Assembly (NCBI GenBank): GCA_963849455.1
Contig: CAWKHE010000002.1
Coordinates: 1,488,011-1,552,010 of the forward strand
Source of the DNA: an uncultured Solirubrobacterales bacterium
Lineage (GTDB): Bacteria; Actinomycetota; Thermoleophilia; Solirubrobacterales; Solirubrobacteraceae
Direction of reading: 5' to 3'
Length of the DNA: 64,000 nt
Shown: piece by piece, positions 1 through 9,497 of the stretch
Layout: every line of letters begins with the position of its first letter
Numbering within the stretch: the first letter of the stretch is position 1
Notes under the pieces: model-generated
Seen by the model: only the letters and a program-made list of their open reading frames with translations
Told to the model about the DNA's origin: nothing
Database searches by the model: none
Translations under genes and position numbers: made by a program

Positions 1-77
1 TTCAGTCTCCCGTGCGTCGGTTTTCGGCGTACAGACCAGCACGGCGCGGAAAGAAGTGGCGCATGGGCGCGCGGGCG

Positions 78-938
78 CTAGGCGGTCCCCGAGGCGAGCA
101 GCACGACGTTCGAGAAGCTCAGCGGCTTCGAGTCACCCCCCGCCTCTGCGGCAGCCTGCGTGATCGCGTCCCAGGCCTCCTCCTGAGCCTCGCCTGCGTG
201 CTGCTCGATCATCGCCCGGATCGGGGCGGCGATCGCCCTGATGTAGGCGGTGAAGTGCTCCGGGGAGTCGAACTCGTAGGTGACCTCGTCCTGCTCCACG
301 ACGACCTTCGAGAACCCACCTCCCTCAAGTAACCCGCCAATGGCAGCGGGGGTGGGCCGGGACAGGGGCCCCGGCGTTCCGGCCGGGAGCCGGGGCACGT
401 CCAGCCGCTCCAGCGTCGTTCTCATCGGAATCGAGAGGAAGGGGACCCGATCGGGCTCGCCCCACGAGCTGATCGCCATCCGCGCGCCCGGCTTGAGAAA
501 GGCTCGGATACGCCCCGCCGCGGCCTCCGCGTCAGGCTCGAAGATAATTCCCCAGCGCGACACCGCGGCGTCGAAGCTCCGGTGGGGAAAATCGAGACCG
601 GAGGCGTCTGACTCGATGAACTCGACATTGTCCAAGCCGGCCGTCGCCGCGCGTTGGCGCCCGAACGCGAGCATCTCGGCGGAGATGTCCGTGGCCACAA
701 CCCGGCCCTCCGGGCCGGCCTTACGCGCGGCAGTGAGCGCCGGCTCGCCATACCCGGCGGCAACGTCCAGGACCCGGCTTCCCGACCGCACCCCAGCGAG
801 CTCCACCAGCCGCTCGCTGATCCGCCAGTCTGCGCTGTCATTGAACGCGCTCCACTCCATCCATCCCACCGCGGCAGCGTCCCAGTTCTTGTGCTGCGCC
901 TCGCGGAAGTCGACCGGGTCGATCGCCTTGGACTCCAT
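78..938 (-). CDS. Class I SAM-dependent methyltransferase (UbiE-like)
   Basis: Intact 286-aa ORF; motif I VLDVAAGYGE, acidic motif ATDIS, SFDAAVSRWG; AAGGAG RBS upstream. Confidence 0.88.
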   Translation of the reverse strand: MESKAIDPVDFREAQHKNWDAAAVGWMEWSAFNDSADWRISERLVELAGVRSGSRVLDVAAGYGEPALTAARKAGPEGRVVATDISAEMLAFGRQRAATAGLDNVEFIESDASGLDFPHRSFDAAVSRWGIIFEPDAEAAAGRIRAFLKPGARMAISSWGEPDRVPFLSIPMRTTLERLDVPRLPAGTPGPLSRPTPAAIGGLLEGGGFSKVVVEQDEVTYEFDSPEHFTAYIRAIAAPIRAMIEQHAGEAQEEAWDAITQAAAEAGGDSKPLSFSNVVLLASGTA

Positions 939-1041
939 GCTCGCTCCTTACCACCCAATTGCAGTCCACGCCGACGCTAACCGATTCGAGCGGCATCTGG
1001 CTGGTACCAGGGTTCAGCCCAGCGCCGAGGACCCCTGCGTC

Positions 1042-1069
1042 CGGAGCCCCGCGGCTTAGCGGGGCTCCG
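1042..1069. terminator. GC-rich hairpin, likely terminator of nrdJ
   Basis: CGGAGCCCCGC-ggctta-GCGGGGCTCCG, perfect 11-bp stem about 70 nt downstream of the nrdJ stop. Confidence 0.6.
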
Positions 1070-1139
1070 TGGACAATTCAGTGACGCACTTCGGACATCC
1101 CGGTGACCGAACCCGGGACATCAAGACGACTTTTTACGA

Positions 1140-3971
1140 TCAGCCGCAGCCGGTGTTGAAGCCGCACGAGGAGCACGTGTAACAGCTGCCGGTGCGCTGC
1201 ATCATGCCGCCGCACTGCTGGCAGGCCGGGCCCAGATCCAATCCGCGACGCACGGCCGGCAGCACCGGGGGTTCGTCGGTCAAGGCCGACGTGGCCGGGG
1301 CTGTTCCGGCTGACGCCTGCGGGCTGGGTGACGGCGACCGGGGACCGGCGGTGTCGCTCACGTGGGAGCTGGCCGCATCCTCGGCCGCCTTACGCGCACG
1401 GACCTCCTTGGTCAGGATCCCGAGCTCCTCTTGGAGGTCGACGTCCAAGAAGCGCGAGGCCAGCCAGCGCATGATGTAGTCGGGCATCGACTTGGCGAAC
1501 GGAATCTCCGGGTTGCCGGTCATGCCCTCGGGCTCAAAGCGCATGTAGCTGAACTTGCGCACCAAGGTCTCGAGCGGCACCCCGTACTGCAGGGAGATCG
1601 AGATCGCCGTCGCGAACGAGTTCATCATCCCGCGCAGGGTCGAACCCTCCTTGCCGATGTCGGTGAGGAAGATCTCGCCCACCGTCCCGTCCTCGTACAT
1701 GCCGGCCGTGATGTAGCCCTCGTGGCCACCGATCGAGAACTTGTGGGTGATCGACTGGCGCTCACGCGGCATCCGCCGCCGCTTGGGTGGGGCCTCAGCC
1801 AGCGCCGCGGTCACGGCCTGCTGGATCGCGGCCTCGGTGTCGATCGCCTCGGGCTTGCTCTTCTGGGCGTCCGTGCGCAGAGCCTGCGCTGTCTTGGAGC
1901 CATCCCGGTAGATGGCCAGCGCCTTGACCCCGAGCCGCCAGGCCTGCAGGTAGGCGTCGGCGATGTCCTCCACGGTCGCCGTCTGGGGCATGTTCACCGT
2001 CTTGGAGATGGCACCGCTCAAGAACGGCTGGACGGCGCCCATCATCTTGATGTGGCCCATGTGCGAGATCGCGCGCTCACCGACGGCCACGTCGAACACG
2101 GGCAGATCCTCGGGCGACAGTCCGGGCGCTCCGATGATGGTGCCGTGTTCGTTGATGTAGGCGACGATCTGTTCGATCTGCTCGTCGGTGTAGCCGAGCG
2201 TCTGTAGAGCCAGGGGCACGGTGCGGTTGACGATCGTCATCTGGCCGCCGCCGACCAACTCCTTGAACTTGACCAGCGAGAAGTCGGGCTCGACACCGGT
2301 CGTGTCGCAGTCCATGAGGAAGCTGATCGTGCCCGTCGGAGCCAGAACGGTCGCCTGGGCGTTGCGGTAACCGTGCCGCTCGCCGGCTACGACGGCCTCA
2401 TTCCACGCCTCACGTGCGGCTTGCAGCAGACCGGGATCCAGGCAGCTCTCGTCTGGGATCGCGTACGAGGCGTCGCGGTGCATGCGCATGACGGCGTTAT
2501 GCGCCTCGCGGTTCTCCGGGTAGCGATCGTACGGGCCCATCGCCGCAGCGATTCGGGCCGAGCCCAGGTAGCCGCGCCCGGTCATCAACGCGGTGATCGC
2601 GGCCGCGGTGCCGCGCCCGGCGTCCGAGTCGTAGGGGACGCCATCGGCCATCAGGTAGGCGCCGAGGTTGGCGTAGCCGAGGCCGAGCTGACGGAAGGCG
2701 CGTGCGTTGGCGCCGATCTCCTCAGTCGGGTAGCTCGACGGCGAGACGACGATCTCCTGCGCGAGGAAGACGATGTCGACCACGTGCTGGAAGGCCTCGA
2801 CGTCGAAGGTACCGTCGGCACGGCGGAACTTCATGAGATTCAACGAGGCCAGGTTGCAAGCCGAGTCGTCGACGTGCATGTACTCGCTGCATGGGTTAGA
2901 CGCGTTGATGCGACCCGAGGCCGGGCACGTGTGCCACTGGTTGATGATCGTGTCGTACTGGACACCCGGATCAGCGCAGCGCCAGGCGGCGTCCGCGATG
3001 TCCTTCATCAGCTGTCGGGCGGCGATCGGCTCGCCGACCGGCTCCCCGGTGACGCGGGCGATCAGATGCCAGTCCTCATCGTTCTCGACCGCGTGCATGA
3101 ACTCATCGCTGACGCGAACGGAGTTGTTGGCGTTCTGGTACTGGATCGAGTAGAAGCCCTCGCCGTCGATAGACATGTCGAAGCCGGCGTCTCGCAGTGC
3201 GGCGGCCTTCTCCTCCTCCTTCGCCTTGCACTGGATGAACTGGACGATGTCGGGGTGGTCGACGTCGAGCACAACCATCTTGGCGGCCCGACGTGTCTTA
3301 CCGCCTGACTTGATCGTTCCCGCCCAGGCGTCGGCGCCGCGCATGAAACTGACCGGACCGGAAGCGGTACCGCCCTTGGACAGCGGCTCGGTGGAGCCAC
3401 GGATCTTCGACAGGTTGATGCCGGAGCCGGAACCGCCGCGGAAGATCTTGCCCTCCTTGGTGTTCCAAGCCAGGATCGATTCCATCTCGTCCTCGACCGA
3501 GAGGATGAAGCAGGCCGAGCACTGCGGGCGCTCCTCGAAGCCGACGTTGAACCAGACGGGTGAATTGAAGGCCGCCAACTGGTGAAGCAGGATGTGGGTC
3601 AGCTCGGCTTCGAAGGTCTCGCTGTCTTCGGCGGAGGCGAAGTAACCCCGTTCCTGGCCCCATCCGGCGATCGTGCCGGCGACGCGGCCGATCATCTGCC
3701 GGACCGAGTGCTCGCGCGAGGGGGAGTCCAGCTGGCCGCGGAAGTACTTCTGGGCGACGATGTTCGTCGCGTTCTGCGACCAGGACTTCGGGAACTCGAC
3801 GTTTCGCTGCTCGAACGAGACCTTGTCTCCGTGTCCGATGCGCGCGTCGCGTGTCTCCCATTCGATCGCGTCGAACGGATGCTGGCCGGCCGTGGTCAGG
3901 TAGCGGCGGATCGAGAGGCCTTCGCCAGCCTTGTTGCTGGGCGTAATCTGCGTTTGCGGTACTTGCGTCAT
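1140..3971 (-). CDS. nrdJ: Vitamin B12-dependent (class II) ribonucleotide reductase with C-terminal TSCPD-like domain and Zn ribbon
   Basis: FNSPVWFN, QCSACFI, NPCSEY, ACNLAS, APTGTISF, ISKTVN motifs; C-terminal CQQC..CSSC; start set at MTQVPQ (ATG 3971, GAGGAG upstream) rather than the 4412 ORF start. Confidence 0.95.
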   Translation of the reverse strand: MTQVPQTQITPSNKAGEGLSIRRYLTTAGQHPFDAIEWETRDARIGHGDKVSFEQRNVEFPKSWSQNATNIVAQKYFRGQLDSPSREHSVRQMIGRVAGTIAGWGQERGYFASAEDSETFEAELTHILLHQLAAFNSPVWFNVGFEERPQCSACFILSVEDEMESILAWNTKEGKIFRGGSGSGINLSKIRGSTEPLSKGGTASGPVSFMRGADAWAGTIKSGGKTRRAAKMVVLDVDHPDIVQFIQCKAKEEEKAAALRDAGFDMSIDGEGFYSIQYQNANNSVRVSDEFMHAVENDEDWHLIARVTGEPVGEPIAARQLMKDIADAAWRCADPGVQYDTIINQWHTCPASGRINASNPCSEYMHVDDSACNLASLNLMKFRRADGTFDVEAFQHVVDIVFLAQEIVVSPSSYPTEEIGANARAFRQLGLGYANLGAYLMADGVPYDSDAGRGTAAAITALMTGRGYLGSARIAAAMGPYDRYPENREAHNAVMRMHRDASYAIPDESCLDPGLLQAAREAWNEAVVAGERHGYRNAQATVLAPTGTISFLMDCDTTGVEPDFSLVKFKELVGGGQMTIVNRTVPLALQTLGYTDEQIEQIVAYINEHGTIIGAPGLSPEDLPVFDVAVGERAISHMGHIKMMGAVQPFLSGAISKTVNMPQTATVEDIADAYLQAWRLGVKALAIYRDGSKTAQALRTDAQKSKPEAIDTEAAIQQAVTAALAEAPPKRRRMPRERQSITHKFSIGGHEGYITAGMYEDGTVGEIFLTDIGKEGSTLRGMMNSFATAISISLQYGVPLETLVRKFSYMRFEPEGMTGNPEIPFAKSMPDYIMRWLASRFLDVDLQEELGILTKEVRARKAAEDAASSHVSDTAGPRSPSPSPQASAGTAPATSALTDEPPVLPAVRRGLDLGPACQQCGGMMQRTGSCYTCSSCGFNTGCG

Positions 3972-4233
3972 TCCTACCTGCTCCTCTCGATTTTCACCGT
4001 TCGCGTGCCCCCCTTCGGCGCTCTGTCTGGCCGAAGGGTGAACAGCGGATGATTCCGCAGCCCTCGGACGGAAACATCCCGTCGGCGCGGGATGAAGAGG
4101 CAACTGACGAACTTCTTCTATTTTACTGCGCCATGCGGGCAAATCGCCGATCGGGACGGCCCAAATAGCGGCTTCTGCAACGCCCGCCGGACGGGGCAAA
4201 GAGGCCAAATTCCGGGGTTGACGCGCGCGGACC

Positions 4234-5244
4234 TCAGTCGGTGTGGCCGGCCCGCTCGCGCAGGCGTTCCAGCTCGCGCTGGTCGGCCTCGCGCGCGGCC
4301 TTGGCCGCGCCCAGCTCGCTCGTCGTGGCGGCCAGCCGACGTTCCAGCTCGCCTCGCCAGATCTCGAGCTCCTGTAGCGCGGCCGCGGATTTCTGGTGCT
4401 CGCTCTCCGCACGCGCGGCGCGTTCGCGCGCTTTTACCGCGAGCCCGTCAAAGGCCGAGGCCTGGCGGCTGAACTCATCCCGCTCGTTGGTCATCACGCG
4501 AAGCTTGTCGCGGGCGTGATCAAGCTCGCGCTCGAGGCTCTTGCGCGCCGCGCGTAACTCCTGAAGCTCGCGCTCCAGCGGCTCGCGGGTCGCTCTGGCC
4601 TGTGACACCTCGCGCTCGGCCGAGGCGAGTTGGGCTCGCAGGACCTCGGTGGTCTGGTCGGCCTCGGTCACCCGTGCCCTCAGCTGCTCGGCGTCGGCGG
4701 TGGCCCGGGAGAGCTGCTCGGCCAGCGAGCGCTCGTGCCGCTGGGCGGCGCTGACCTGCTCGTCAGCCTGGAACACCCGCTGCTCGGCCTCGGACCTCTT
4801 GCGGGCCGCGTCGCGCAGCTCACGGGCATGAACCTCCTCGAGCTCCAGGATCCGCTGCTCGAGACGGCGCGTCTCCTCGTAGGCATCGGGCAGATCGGCA
4901 TCGATCGCAGCGGCTGGCTGATCAGCGCCCATCCGGGCGACGCCGGTCTCGGGCACAGACAAATTCGTGCGCTTCCCGTCGTCGTGCTGGAGCCAGTAGG
5001 AGCGAGCGTTGCGGATCAGCCCCGACGGAACCGCATAGGCCGCCCGGAGCGTGCGGCCGGTATCGGGCGGGGCGGGCAGGGCGGAGAAGCGGTGCTCCTT
5101 GATGCCGTCGTCGATCACGAGCACGGGCCGATGGCCGGGCTCGCGGCGCCGGGGCCCCTGACCGCTGACCCGCAAGAGCGATGTCGCTCCTGTGACGACG
5201 TGCTCAAACTCCCTGATCTTGATCGCTGGCCATGCTTCAGACAC
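4234..5244 (-). CDS. Hypothetical protein: about 110-aa beta-rich N-terminal domain plus long coiled coil
   Basis: Intact frame; probable GTG start (VSEAWPAI); E/R/A/Q-rich heptads over the C-terminal two thirds. Confidence 0.7.
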   Translation of the reverse strand: MSEAWPAIKIREFEHVVTGATSLLRVSGQGPRRREPGHRPVLVIDDGIKEHRFSALPAPPDTGRTLRAAYAVPSGLIRNARSYWLQHDDGKRTNLSVPETGVARMGADQPAAAIDADLPDAYEETRRLEQRILELEEVHARELRDAARKRSEAEQRVFQADEQVSAAQRHERSLAEQLSRATADAEQLRARVTEADQTTEVLRAQLASAEREVSQARATREPLERELQELRAARKSLERELDHARDKLRVMTNERDEFSRQASAFDGLAVKARERAARAESEHQKSAAALQELEIWRGELERRLAATTSELGAAKAAREADQRELERLRERAGHTD

Positions 5245-5308
5245 GTAACCGGCGATTTTAGGTGTCTGTTTATATGTGCTGGCCGATGACCGCATCCGTG
5301 CACCAGCC

Positions 5309-6286
5309 ATGAAACTCCTCGTCACCGGCGGCGCCGGCTATATCGGGTCAATCGTGGCCCGGCTGCTGCTCGGAGCCGGCCATGAAGTCACGGTGCTCGA
5401 CAGCCTCGAGCGCGGCCATCGTTCCGCGGTGCCCGACGGGGCCGAGCTGGTCATCGCCGATCTGCGCGACGCTGAGGCGCTGCGCCCCGCCCTTGAGGGA
5501 GGCTTTGACGGCGTTCTGCATTTCGCCGCCTTCGCGCTGGTCGGTGAATCGGTCAGCCAGCCCGAGCTCTACTACCGCAATAACGTCGGTGGAAGCCTGA
5601 ATCTGCTCGAGGCGATGAAGGCCGCCGATGTCCGTCGCCTGGTCTTCTCCTCGACCTGTGCGGTCTACGGGCAGCCGGATGAGGTGCCGATCGGCGAGGA
5701 CGCTCCGCCGCGTCCGACCAACTCCTACGGTGCCTCGAAGCTCGCCGTGGACGGGATGATCGGCGACTTCTGCGTTGCCTATGGCATCGGCGCGGTCAGT
5801 CTGCGCTACTTCAATGTCGCCGGAGCGAGCGGGGACGCCGGTGAGGACCACGAGCCCGAGACGCATCTGATTCCCAACATCCTCCGGGCGGCGATCGGTC
5901 GCAGTCCGCAGGTCGAGGTGTATGGAACGGACTACGACACCCCAGACGGGACCGCCATCCGTGACTACATCCACATCGAGGATCTGGCCGCCGCGCACAT
6001 GCTGGCCCTGGAGGGCATCGAGCCGGGGCGGCACCGCATCTTCAACCTCGGCAACGGCAGCGGCTTTTCCGTGCGCGAGGTGATCGCGGCCGCCGAGCAG
6101 GTGACGGGCCGGCAGATCCCCGTCCGCGAAGCCCCGCGGCGTCCGGGCGATCCTCCGATGCTGGTCGCGGCCAGCGAGCGGATCCGGGCCGAACTGGGCT
6201 GGAGAGCAGAGAAGGCCGAGCTCGAGACGATGGTCGCGGACGCCTGGGCGTTCATGCAGAGCCGGCCCGACGGTTACTCAGACTAG
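5309..6286 (+). CDS. galE: UDP-glucose 4-epimerase
   Basis: GGAGYIG, VFSSTCAVYG, YGASK, LRYFN, DGTAIRDYIHIEDLA, RRPGD motifs. Confidence 0.95.
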   Translation: MKLLVTGGAGYIGSIVARLLLGAGHEVTVLDSLERGHRSAVPDGAELVIADLRDAEALRPALEGGFDGVLHFAAFALVGESVSQPELYYRNNVGGSLNLLEAMKAADVRRLVFSSTCAVYGQPDEVPIGEDAPPRPTNSYGASKLAVDGMIGDFCVAYGIGAVSLRYFNVAGASGDAGEDHEPETHLIPNILRAAIGRSPQVEVYGTDYDTPDGTAIRDYIHIEDLAAAHMLALEGIEPGRHRIFNLGNGSGFSVREVIAAAEQVTGRQIPVREAPRRPGDPPMLVAASERIRAELGWRAEKAELETMVADAWAFMQSRPDGYSD

Positions 6287-6897
6287 ATCCGCCAACGCTT
6301 CCACGGCCGCGTCAAGCACCTCGGCCGGCGGCCGATCGGCATCGAAGTACGCGGATCCGCGCCGGCTCGGCCCGCGCCAGCTCGTCGTAGGCCTCGGCGA
6401 TCCGGGCTAAAGAAATCGTCGGGCTCGAGCTCGAGGCGGTCAGGCTCGCCGCGGCCGCGTGAGCGGGCCAGACCAACGGCCGGATCGATGCGCAGCAGCA
6501 GCGTGCGGTCAGGTTCCAGCCCGGCGGTGGCGAACGCATTGATCATGCGGACCGGCTCCAGACCGAGGCCGCGGCCGGCGCCCTGGTAGGCCAGCGACGA
6601 GTCGACGAAGCGGTCCAGCAGCACCCAGGTGCCATCCCGCAGGAGCGGCTCGAGCGCTTCCTCCACGAGCTGGGCCCGGGCGGCGGCGTAGAGCAGAGCC
6701 TCGGTGCGCGCGGCGATCTGCGCCGACGGGTCCTTGACCAGGGACCGGATGTGCTCGGCGACCTCAACGCCGCCCGGTTCGCGCAGCACCTCGGCCGCGA
6801 TGCCGCGGCGCTGGAGCTCGGCGACCAGGGCGCCGGCCAGGGTCGACTTCCCGGCGCCGTCGACGCCCTCGATGGTTATGAGCTTGCCGCGGGCCAT
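6283..6897 (-). CDS. tmk: Thymidylate kinase (frameshift near 6410, probable assembly error)
   Basis: ITIEGVDGAGKST P-loop, REPGG, LLDRFVDSSLAYQG; C-terminus (RIAEAYDELA) continues in another frame. Confidence 0.9.
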   Translation of the reverse strand: MARGKLITIEGVDGAGKSTLAGALVAELQRRGIAAEVLREPGGVEVAEHIRSLVKDPSAQIAARTEALLYAAARAQLVEEALEPLLRDGTWVLLDRFVDSSLAYQGAGRGLGLEPVRMINAFATAGLEPDRTLLLRIDPAVGLARSRGRGEPDRLELEPDDFFSPDRRGLRRAGAGRAGADPRTSMPIGRRPRCLTRPWKRWRI

Positions 6898-6939
6898 GGC
6901 CGTCGGGCCCGACGTTACCGGTGGCTACGATCGCAACCC

Positions 6940-8062
6940 ATGCTCGCTGAGCTCGAACGCCATCCCCACGCCCGTGCCGTGCTCGCGCCCGGTACTCGGC
7001 GGCGGGCGTGCCTCGCACGCGTATCTGTTCCACGGTCCTGGCGGGTCGGGTAAGCGAGCGGCGGCGCGGGCGCTGGCCGCCGAGCTGCTGTCCGAGGGCT
7101 CCCCCGACCTCGACGGAGCCCGAGCCCGGGTCCATTCCGGCGCCCACCCGGATCTGACCTGGATCGTGCCCAGCGGTGCCCACGAGATCCTGGTCAGCGA
7201 CATCGCTGAGCCCGTGATCGCGGCCGCCAGCCGGACGCCATTTGAGTCGCAGCGCCGCGTGTTCGTGATCGAGCGGGTCGACGAGCTGGGCGACGAGGCG
7301 GCCAACCGGATGCTGAAGACCCTCGAGGAGCCGCCCAGCTTCGTGCACCTGATCCTGCTCACCGACCGCGCTGGGCGAGGTGCTGCCCACGATTCGCTCT
7401 CGCTGCCAGGTCGTGCGCTTTGAGGCCACCGGCGCCGAGGCCCTGGCCGCCGGACTCGAGGCCGAGGGAGTCGACCCGGTCACCGCTCTGGCCTGCGTGC
7501 AGCTGAGCCTGCAGGACGGCGACCGCGCGCGCGAGCTGGCTGACGAGGAGGGTCGCGCGCTGCGGGCGGCGGCCGAGGCCTACGCGCGGGCCGTGCTGGC
7601 GGGGGAGGCGGCGCGTCGCCAGCCCTGGACCGCGTTGCTCACTGCAGTTCGCAGACGCGGCGAGGCGGCAGCAACCGAGCTCGAATCGCGCCGTGAGGCC
7701 GAGCTCGAACTGACGTCGCGCAAGGACCGCAAGCGGGTGTCAGACGGAGTGGACGGAGCGCATCAAGCGCACGCGCCGCCGCGTTCAGACCGGGGCCCTT
7801 GACCTCGAGCTGCAGCTGGTCGCGCTGTGGTTTGCCGACCTGGCCAGTCTGGCCTGGGGGGCTGAGGAGCTGGTGCGCCACAGCGACCGACGAGCCGAGC
7901 TGGCCGAGGACGCGCAGGCTGCGGGTGGAGCGCACCCGGGTCGGCTGCGCGCGGCGGTCGAGCTCGTCGAGGAGACGCGCCAGCGCTTCCAGCTCAACGT
8001 CACCGAGGAACTCGCCTGTGAGGCGTTGGCCTATCAGCTCGAGGCGCGTACTGGATCCATGA
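6940..8062 (+). CDS. holB: DNA polymerase III delta-prime subunit (several frameshifts)
   Basis: Pieces in successive frames: MLAELERHPHA, SHAYLFHGPGGSGKR, HPDL, AANRMLKTLEEPP, LPTIRSRCQ, NVTEELACEAL. Confidence 0.85.
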
Positions 8063-8619
8063 ACGCCCAAGACGCGCGTCTTTCTGCGCTCGCCGTCTCG
8101 CGCTGACCGGGATGAGTTCATCGCGCTTGATGCGGGCCAGCCGCGGCATTTCACAGCCCGTGGGCAACCGCTCCAACCGATGATGAGCGCTTCGCCGCCT
8201 ATCTGGCCGATGCCCGCCGGGCGGACTTCGAGGCCATGCTGCTGTGCCGCGATGAGGACGGAGCGATCGTCGGCTTCTTCAACCTCTCCCAGATCGTCCG
8301 CCGCGGGTTCCAGAGCGCGTATCTGGGCTACGCGGTCGGCAAGCCGTTTGCCGGCCAGGGCTACATGCGCGAGGGGATCCAGCTCGTGCTCCGCTATGCC
8401 TTTCTCACCCTCCGCCTGCACCGCGTGGAGGCCAACATCCAGCCGACCAACGCCAACTCGATCGCCCTGGCCCGGGGCGCCGGCTTTCGCCGCGAGGGCT
8501 TCTCTCCGCGCTACCTGAAGATCGGCGGCCGCTGGCGCGATCACGAGCGCTGGGCCATCCTGGCCGAGGAGTGGCGCGCTCGCAACGGCACCCCGCCGCC
8601 GTCAGACACCTTCGACTAG
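8059..8619 (+). CDS. RimJ/RimL-family GNAT N-acetyltransferase (5' part frameshifted)
   Basis: SQIVRRGFQSAYLGY, GQGYMREG, LHRVEANIQPTNANSIAL, REGFSPRYLKIGGRWRDHERWA; ATGA overlap with holB. Confidence 0.88.
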
Positions 8620-8670
8620 CGAGGTCTGGGCGTCGCGGTCTGGGGACCTAGAACGGCGGCCCCAAGCCAC

Positions 8671-8676
8671 TAGACT
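8671..8676 (+). promoter_or_regulatory. Putative -10 element of the tRNA promoter
   Basis: TAGACT 14 nt upstream of the tRNA 5' end. Confidence 0.45.
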
Positions 8677-8690
8677 GGCGCCCGCGAGTC

Positions 8691-8763
8691 GCCGACGTAG
8701 CTCAGCTGGTAGAGCACTTCACTCGTAATGAAGGGGTCCCCGGTTCGAATCCGGGCGTCGGCT
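8691..8763 (+). tRNA. tRNA-Thr (anticodon CGT), CCA not encoded
   Basis: Acceptor GCCGACG/CGTCGGC, D arm GCTC/GAGC, anticodon arm CTTCA-CTCGTAA-TGAAG, T loop GGTTCGAATCC. Confidence 0.97.
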
Positions 8764-8865
8764 CTGAGAAGGCCCCGTAAGCAGGGATTTTCGCGTTTCT
8801 AGGGTTGGGGACAAATGTAAAAGTGTCCCCAATATGTCCCAAGACAGGCGTGGTCTTTGGGCGTG

Positions 8866-8985
8866 GGGTTCGAGCTGATCGCCCGCGGACTAACGAACGC
8901 CGAGATCGGCGCGGGCTCTACCTGGCAGAACCTACCGTCAAGACGCACGTCACCCGCATGCTCGCCAAGCTCGGGGTACGTGACA
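8866..8985 (+). pseudogene. Remnant of a LuxR/NarL HTH domain
   Basis: FELIARGLTNAEIGA then, in another frame, LYLAEPTVKTHVTRMLAKLGVRD; no start and no receiver domain. Confidence 0.75.
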
Positions 8986-9114
8986 GTCCCTGCGTTGCCA
9001 ACGGAATCGCCACGGGCTAGGTTCCCCGCGGTGGGAGCAGTCGCGCGGCGACGAGGCGGGATAGGCTCCCGTTCCGGGGCCGAACAGTGACTAGATGCGG
9101 TGGAAAGGAGCGTC

Positions 9115-9399
9115 ATGCACGTCGTCGTGCGACGTTACTCGGGGCAGGGCGCGGGTCAGTTGATGGATGCGCTGGAGCAGGGAAAAGAGGACGTTCGCTC
9201 GGTCATCACTTCGGTGCCGGGTTTCGTCAGCTACCACGTGTTCCGTGACGGCGAAGGGGGTACCGCGGTCACGGTTTGTGAAGACAACGACGGAGCTGAG
9301 GAATCCTCCCGGCGCGCTGCCGAATGGGTACGAGCGAACGTTGACGAAGCGGTCGATCCCCCATCGATCACCGAAGGAGAAGCCTTCATCCACTTCTGA
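9115..9399 (+). CDS. Small ABM/Dabb-like (ferredoxin-fold) protein
   Basis: AAGGAG RBS; SVPGFVSYHV and VTVCEDNDGAEESSRRAAEWVR pattern; 94 aa. Confidence 0.7.
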   Translation: MHVVVRRYSGQGAGQLMDALEQGKEDVRSVITSVPGFVSYHVFRDGEGGTAVTVCEDNDGAEESSRRAAEWVRANVDEAVDPPSITEGEAFIHF

Positions 9400-9497
9400 G
9401 GCCGTGGGTCCGGCGCGCTGGTGGGTTGGCCCGCCGGACCGCACCTCTGCTCCGCGCGAGAGGCCAGGCCGACGATCCCCGCGCGTAAGCTCGCGGG

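Noticed and set aside
1140-3971. Intein in nrdJ
   Set aside because: The RNR motifs are contiguous, the length is normal, and no intein splice-junction or homing-endonuclease motifs were seen.
3972-4412. 146-aa N-terminal extension of NrdJ in the ORF track
   Set aside because: It overlaps the upstream gene and is low-complexity; a good RBS precedes the ATG at 3971.
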